From assembly GCA_965263035.1 (NCBI GenBank), contig OZ253580.1, positions 4,384,001-4,448,000 of the forward strand: DNA of 64,000 bases, written 5' to 3'. The notes beneath the pieces are model-generated. The model worked only from the letters and a program-made list of their open reading frames with translations. It did not search any database and was not told the DNA's origin. This DNA comes from Acidobacteriota bacterium. GTDB taxonomy: Bacteria; Acidobacteriota; UBA6911; RPQK01; JAJDTT01. Numbering within the stretch: position 1 is the first letter of the stretch; each line of letters opens with the position of its first letter. Of this stretch, positions 59,001-64,000 are shown piece after piece. The translations under genes and the position numbers were made by a program.

Positions 59001-60545
59001 TCACGGAAATTTCGGCTGGCCACCCCTCCGCTGGGGCCAGGGTTGGTTCAGATCCAGCACGACCGGATCTTCGACTTCCTTCATGCGCGCCCGCAACCGG
59101 TCCCACATTTTCCGGACCTGCTCCTGATACTCCGGCAGAAAATACAGGTTCTTCATCTCTTTGGGGTCGCGGCCCAGGTGGTAGAGCTCTCCATCCCCGG
59201 CGTCGCTCACGGTCATCTTCCATCCCTCGGGCGTGATCAGGGTCCGGTGGTGATAGATGTGCCGCGCGTTCCAGGGCGGGGCGTAGCCCGGTTCGTCGCC
59301 GACGACCAGAATGTCCCGGTCGGGGAACTCCCTTCCCGTACGCAGGTCGTCAGCCCAGCTCTCTCCCTGCAGGTGGTCCGGCAACGGTTGCCCCATCAGG
59401 TCCAGCAGAGTCGGCGTCACGTCCACTTGGCTCACCGGCTTCTTGATGCGCCGCGAGCGGTCCCACAGGCCCGGCACCGAAAGCAGAAACGGAACCGTCG
59501 CTGCCTCCTCGTAGCTGTTCATCTTGGACATGAGGCGGTGGTCGCCCATCATCTCGCCGTGCTCGCTGGTGAAGACGACGATGGTGTTCTGTTCCAGCCC
59601 CAACTCCCGCAGCCGCTCCAGCACGCGCCCCACCATCTCGTCCACCAGGGTGACCAGGCCCCAGTAGCGGGCCATGGCCTCCCTCAGCTCCTGGACGGTC
59701 TGGGGATAGGCGATGGGAAGCTCCCCCCGAGCCAACGCCAGCCGCATCAACCGCTTGGCGAAGGATACGGTGGGGTCCATCTCTTCGAAAAAGGAATCCG
59801 GGATCGGCATGTCGGCCGGGTCGTAAAGGTCCCCGTAGACGTTGGTGAAGGGAGGCCCCTGCTTGTGATCGGCGAAGGCGTGGGGCTCCAGGAAGCTCAA
59901 ATAGAGGACGAAGGGCCGGTCCCGGTGCTGCTCCAGGAACCGGATTCCCCGCTGGGCCAGGTAGACGGGCTTGGAGAGTTCCTTGGACAAGCGGTTGGTC
60001 AGGTCCCGGGAGTGGCCGTAGGGGGTGTCCGCCTCGATCCCCTTCTGCTTCAGGAAGTGGTAGTAGCCGGAGCGCTGGGAATGATCCTGGTCCTCGGACC
60101 ACCACTTCCGATAGATCTCGGTGCTGTCGAAGTCGGTGAAGCCGCGCTGCCTGAAGATCTCGTTTCCCAGGTGCCACTTGCCGTAGTAGGCCGAGGCGTA
60201 CTCGGGGTCCCGGAGCATCTCCACCAGAATGGGGACCTTGGGATCCAGGGGGATGCTGTTCATCCAGGAGCCGTGCTTGTTGGGGTAAAGGCCGGTCAGC
60301 AGACTGGCCCGGGAGGGGGTGCAGACCGGATTGACCACGTAGAAGGAGTCGAAGACGAAGCTTCGGCGAGCCATGCGGTCCAGGTGGGGTGTCCGGATCT
60401 GCGTGTTGCCGTAGGCGCCCAGGGTGTCCACCCGCTGTTGGTCGGTCAGGAATACGATCAGGTTCGGCGGCTTCTTCCCGGCTTCCGCGACGGGCGAACC
60501 AGGGAGAAACACTGCGATCAGGCAAGTCAGAAACCAGTGCGGCAT
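59001..60545 (-). CDS. Sulfatase (formylglycine-dependent, Cys type)
   Basis: Signal peptide; PNLIVFLTDQQR, CTPSRASLLTG, GKWHLG, EPH, TSEHGEMMGDH. Confidence 0.93.
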   Translation of the reverse strand: MPHWFLTCLIAVFLPGSPVAEAGKKPPNLIVFLTDQQRVDTLGAYGNTQIRTPHLDRMARRSFVFDSFYVVNPVCTPSRASLLTGLYPNKHGSWMNSIPLDPKVPILVEMLRDPEYASAYYGKWHLGNEIFRQRGFTDFDSTEIYRKWWSEDQDHSQRSGYYHFLKQKGIEADTPYGHSRDLTNRLSKELSKPVYLAQRGIRFLEQHRDRPFVLYLSFLEPHAFADHKQGPPFTNVYGDLYDPADMPIPDSFFEEMDPTVSFAKRLMRLALARGELPIAYPQTVQELREAMARYWGLVTLVDEMVGRVLERLRELGLEQNTIVVFTSEHGEMMGDHRLMSKMNSYEEAATVPFLLSVPGLWDRSRRIKKPVSQVDVTPTLLDLMGQPLPDHLQGESWADDLRTGREFPDRDILVVGDEPGYAPPWNARHIYHHRTLITPEGWKMTVSDAGDGELYHLGRDPKEMKNLYFLPEYQEQVRKMWDRLRARMKEVEDPVVLDLNQPWPQRRGGQPKFP

Positions 60546-60600
60546 GTTCGTCTCCAGGGAGATGCGAGTCTCATCAGATCACCCTACTGCCGAGAATGAT

Positions 60601-60722
60601 GTAGGGGCGCCGTGGAGGAGCGGCTTCCAGGCGCCCGTTCTCTTCTGGCTCGCCGTGTTCTTCCGGAGCTCGGCGGCAAGAAAGCCGCCGCTCCCATTCG
60701 GCGGCAGGAAAGCCGCCGCTCC
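60601..60722. repeat. Cluster of REP-like palindromes: one GTAG-led element and two tandem GGAG-led elements
   Basis: 60601-60636 GTAGGGGCGCC..GGCGCCC; 60671-60694 and 60699-60722 CGGCGGCA(A/G)GAAAGCCGCCGCTCC. Confidence 0.7.
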
Positions 60723-60751
60723 TGTCCGGAATAGAATAGTCCATTCCCACG

Positions 60752-61870
60752 TCATTCTTCGGCGACTGCCAGTTCCAGGTCACGGGCAGCCTGGCTCAAT
60801 GCCCTCACCATTCCGGTCGCCGTGTCCACTCCCCAGACGAAGTGGACCGGGTTCCCGCCAAACTGTTCGGCGATCAGATCCACCAGGAGCACCGAGCCCC
60901 TCCGGCCGGCGATGCTCCATTCCGTGAAACGCAGGCTGGGAACCTGTCCTTCCACCAGCCGTTGCGCTGCCTTCGACCCCGAGACCAGATCCCGGTATGC
61001 CTTCTCGGCCTCTTCCAGCTGCCGCTTTTCCTCCGCTGCCTCCTCGGAGGTCTTCGGCTCGGGCGCGCGGGGTGCGGCTGCAGCAGCGGGCTTGCCGCCG
61101 TCGGGCTCGCGGACCAGGACCGGCCGGCCGTCGGGCGGGGGTGGCCGTGCGGGCTTGGGCTTTTCCGGTTTGGGCTGAGAAGCCACGGCGGCTTCGGGAG
61201 GAGCGGGAGCCGGTGCTTTGGGAGGCGGATCGATCTCCCGTTGGGGCGGGGGAGTGGAGACTGCCGGGGTCTTGGAGGCAGCGGATTCGACCTCCTTGAC
61301 GGGACCGGAGCCGGCGGACGTTTCGGCACCGGATTCGACGGGGGGCCCGGCAGGCTCGGGAGGGGTCGGCGGCACCGGTGCGGGAACCGTGAGACTGGTC
61401 GGATCCGGCTCTTGTGGAGAGTCCCCGCCGCCGATCAACAACAGGATCAGAACCACAGACAGAGCCACCACCGCTCCGGCCAGAATGGGCCCCATGGGCA
61501 GGCGACGTCTCTTCTCGGGTTTCCGGTCTCGAAAGACCTCGTCGAAGAGGGAAGCGGAGCCGCTCACCGGTTGAACCGGCACGTCCATGGAAGGACCCGG
61601 TTCGGACGCCACGGCCGGGGTGGAAGACAGGTCGGGAGAAGCCTCCCGTTCAGTCGCGCCCTCTCCCTGCCCGGGATGTTGCATCAAGACTTGGTAGGCG
61701 CCGTGAATCTCCCGGATCTTGACGGCGGCCCTGGACCGGAGTCGCGGGTGCGATTTCAAGCGGTCCGGGTCCCAGAGCACCAGCAGGTCGTCCCGGGCCT
61801 CCACGATCTCCTTGATGCTGGCCCCCGGCTTCAGGTCCAGGGTGCGATAGGAGTTCTCAATCTCGTTCAT
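60752..61870 (-). CDS. Membrane protein with N-terminal DnaJ-like domain (HPD changed to DPD) and Pro-rich extracytoplasmic linker
   Basis: SYRTLDLKPGASIKEI..LWDPDR..KIREIHGAYQVL; one TM helix; long P/A/E-rich region; small C-terminal domain. Confidence 0.75.
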   Translation of the reverse strand: MNEIENSYRTLDLKPGASIKEIVEARDDLLVLWDPDRLKSHPRLRSRAAVKIREIHGAYQVLMQHPGQGEGATEREASPDLSSTPAVASEPGPSMDVPVQPVSGSASLFDEVFRDRKPEKRRRLPMGPILAGAVVALSVVLILLLIGGGDSPQEPDPTSLTVPAPVPPTPPEPAGPPVESGAETSAGSGPVKEVESAASKTPAVSTPPPQREIDPPPKAPAPAPPEAAVASQPKPEKPKPARPPPPDGRPVLVREPDGGKPAAAAAPRAPEPKTSEEAAEEKRQLEEAEKAYRDLVSGSKAAQRLVEGQVPSLRFTEWSIAGRRGSVLLVDLIAEQFGGNPVHFVWGVDTATGMVRALSQAARDLELAVAEE

Positions 61871-61898
61871 GCGATGGTCTTGGACAGGTTCTCGTTGC

Positions 61899-63326
61899 TC
61901 AGAAACGCCATACGGGCCGGCTCTCTCCTCCGGTCAGAACCTCCTCCAGGTAAGCGCCTGTATGGGGAGACGGGGCCTCTCCTCGAAGGACCTCGCCCAG
62001 ATCGCAGATCCGCATGCCGATGACGTCATGCCACTGCCCGTCGGCCAGGCGCACGGTATGGGCGGAAGGGTGGTCCACTCCCCAGGTGAAGCCCGACGGA
62101 GCCGGCCCGAAATCGCCGGCGCAATGGCGCACCAGGAGAGGCGTCTCCAGCCCCCGCCGTTCCTGGTCCAGCGGCCAGAACGCCAAGCGCTCCCGGAGCC
62201 ATCCGCCCAGCCGCGTGTTCCCCTGCTCGTCTCGGGGGTAACGGTGCCCGGGAACCATCGGTTCCTCCAGGACGCTGTACAGGTTGGAGGCCACATAGGG
62301 ATCGCCGCTGCGGCTCGTGTTGATGGCGATGGGAGCCGTGGAGACGACTCCACGGACGTGGATGACCTTCTTCCACGGGGCGTCCGCACCGGTCGATTGC
62401 CAGACCCGGACGTCGTTGTAGTCGGGCGCACGGCCGCCCCGGGCGCAGAAGAGGAGCTTGTCGTCCCGGTCCCGGACCACGCTGGGCTCGAAGGCGTTGT
62501 CCGGCCCCGTGATGGGCGTCCAGGAGACGGGGCGCCAACCCTCCTGGCCGCGCCGCCAGCGGGTCAGTCCCGAACCGCGGGCCTGTTCGATCTGGCCGCC
62601 CATGGCGAAGAGCAGATCCTCGCCGTCGGGAATGGCCGTGGTGATACCGGGGTTGGAGAGCACCGCGCCGTCCAGGAGCCGGCCGAACCTCAGCCGCGCG
62701 GTTGCCGTGACCTCAAATCTCCGGCCGTCGTAGGCCAGTTGGTAGACCTCCATGTAGTCTTCGCGCTGGTCTTCGGGGTAGACCCCCTTGCGGTCCGGTG
62801 TCCAGGCGATGACCTGGCTGCATCCGAATCCGGTTCCGGCGTGAGGGTGGGGCGAGCCGTCCTCAAGCAATGCGCCCATGGGGACGAAGCCGCCCCGTAC
62901 CGGATACTTGACCATGATGGCCGGCCGTCCCGGGGGATCGGAGTGGGGGTTCGTCTCCTCATGATTGCGGGAGATGGGGATGGCTTCCCGCTCCTGGAGG
63001 CCGGAGAGGTTCCGGAAGAGGAAGACGTCGGTCCCGATTTCGAAATCGTGCCCCGACTGCCCCCGAAGGTTGCAGAAGATGGCCGCGGTGTCGGAGGAGA
63101 CCTGAAAGGGGAACGTCAGGCCGTATCGCCAGATCTCGTCCGCGGGTTGATCGGGAGGGATGGCCACGTCGGGAGGGCCCGTGGTCATGGAGAGCGTCCC
63201 CGCGCCGGAAGGGGCCGGCGAAGGCGGTGACTCCGGCAGGCAACCCCATGAAGAGGCCCATCCGGAACCGGCCAGACTGAACCCCATGGCCTTCGCGAAG
63301 CTGCGTCTCGTCAGTGGATGGGACAT
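61899..63326 (-). CDS. Tat-exported hypothetical protein, BNR/sialidase-like propeller
   Basis: TRRSFAK; FEPSVVRD; WQSTGADAPW; DHPS; AAGGAGG RBS; paralog of the next gene. Confidence 0.7.
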   Translation of the reverse strand: MSHPLTRRSFAKAMGFSLAGSGWASSWGCLPESPPSPAPSGAGTLSMTTGPPDVAIPPDQPADEIWRYGLTFPFQVSSDTAAIFCNLRGQSGHDFEIGTDVFLFRNLSGLQEREAIPISRNHEETNPHSDPPGRPAIMVKYPVRGGFVPMGALLEDGSPHPHAGTGFGCSQVIAWTPDRKGVYPEDQREDYMEVYQLAYDGRRFEVTATARLRFGRLLDGAVLSNPGITTAIPDGEDLLFAMGGQIEQARGSGLTRWRRGQEGWRPVSWTPITGPDNAFEPSVVRDRDDKLLFCARGGRAPDYNDVRVWQSTGADAPWKKVIHVRGVVSTAPIAINTSRSGDPYVASNLYSVLEEPMVPGHRYPRDEQGNTRLGGWLRERLAFWPLDQERRGLETPLLVRHCAGDFGPAPSGFTWGVDHPSAHTVRLADGQWHDVIGMRICDLGEVLRGEAPSPHTGAYLEEVLTGGESRPVWRF

Positions 63327-63424
63327 GTCATCCTCCTTGGGTCGCCTCGGTATCCCACGGCCGCCGAATTCCCCGGAACCGAACGGAGGATCGCTCCCGG
63401 AATCCGGACACACGGCCGCGTGGT

Positions 63425-64000
63425 TCAGAATTTCCAGGTGGGAATCGGTTCTCCTGCCGAAATGACCTCTTCCAGATACGCCCCGGTCTGGGGCGGAGAC
63501 GGCAGTTCGTGGCTCTCCACGTCGTCATGGATCCGGTAACCCATGACGTTGTGCCAGTTGCCGTCGGCCAGTTGAACCGTGGTGGACGAGGGGTGGTCCG
63601 CTCGCCACATGGAGCCACTCGGAGCCGGACCGAATTCGGCCTTGCAGTGGCGGCCCAGGATCGGCGCCTCCAAGCCGGCCCGGTCGTCGCTCAAGGGCCA
63701 GAGGTACAGCTTCTGCCGGGTCCATCCGCCTCCCCGGACCCGGCCTTCCACGTCGGCCGGTATCCGGAACCGCTTGGGTATGGGGTCCAGAGGCACCAGG
63801 TACATGTTGGAGGCGATGTAGGGAGTCCCGTCCGCCGCCTGGTTCAGGGTGATGGGGCAGCTTGAGATGACTCCCACCACGTGGATGATCTTTTTCCAGG
63901 TCTCCCCGCCGTCCCGGGAGCGCCAGACGCGAATGGCGTGGGGACGGGTGCCGCCCTTGCCCCGGGCCGAAAAGAGAAGGTCGCCGTTGGTGTCGCGGAT
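63425..64000 (-). CDS. Paralog of 61899-63326 (5' truncated by window edge)
   Basis: IRDTNGDLLFSARG..VWRSRDGGETW Asp-box; shared ..FGPAPSG..DHPS..V.LADG.WH..TGAYLEEV..W.F C-terminus. Confidence 0.75.
   Translation of the reverse strand: MRDTNGDLLFSARGKGGTRPHAIRVWRSRDGGETWKKIIHVVGVISSCPITLNQAADGTPYIASNMYLVPLDPIPKRFRIPADVEGRVRGGGWTRQKLYLWPLSDDRAGLEAPILGRHCKAEFGPAPSGSMWRADHPSSTTVQLADGNWHNVMGYRIHDDVESHELPSPPQTGAYLEEVISAGEPIPTWKF

Noticed and set aside
60671-60722. Two 24-nt direct repeats as a mini CRISPR array
   Set aside because: Only 4 nt between the copies, no spacers and no cas genes; they fit REP-like palindromes

Overview
GC-rich bacterial chromosomal window, probably from an Acidobacteriota-like organism. 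This is inferred from the Oar-type TonB receptor ending QFGLKIYF and from PVC-style gene-family expansions of the kind common in marine/sponge-associated lineages. 1-13.5 kb: dcw cluster (ftsI partial, murE, murF, mraY, murD, ftsW, murG, murC, ftsQ, ftsA, ftsZ; no murB or ddl). 13.6-18.2 kb (minus strand): purF-purM-purN, a D-threonine-aldolase-like PLP enzyme and a MutT-like NUDIX hydrolase. 18.5-47.4 kb: accessory, largely exported catabolic genes (TonB receptor, SDR, PHP hydrolase, 14-repeat FG-GAP lipoprotein, class IV aminotransferase, three Gfo/Idh/MocA oxidoreductases, heparinase II/III-like lyase with a GT4, two sialidase-fold proteins, three paralogous beta-propeller proteins of which two are a recent tandem duplication, and a PVC-type heme protein). 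47.5-64 kb: DUF1801, ahcY, a PPC-DUF1549/DUF1553-DUF1501 module, two sulfatases, a J-like membrane protein and two paralogous BNR-like proteins. Structure not shown by the ORF track: (i) a family of REP-like GTAG/TAGGAG palindromes that overlap or abut stop codons at seven gene ends; (ii) GGAAAGA heptamer tracts, including an inverted pair; (iii) an IS630 inserted exactly in the stop codon of an internally deleted higB toxin, separating it from higA; (iv) up to three further decayed toxin-antitoxin relics; (v) a probable 5' stub of a group II intron. No rRNA, tRNA or CRISPR array was seen.
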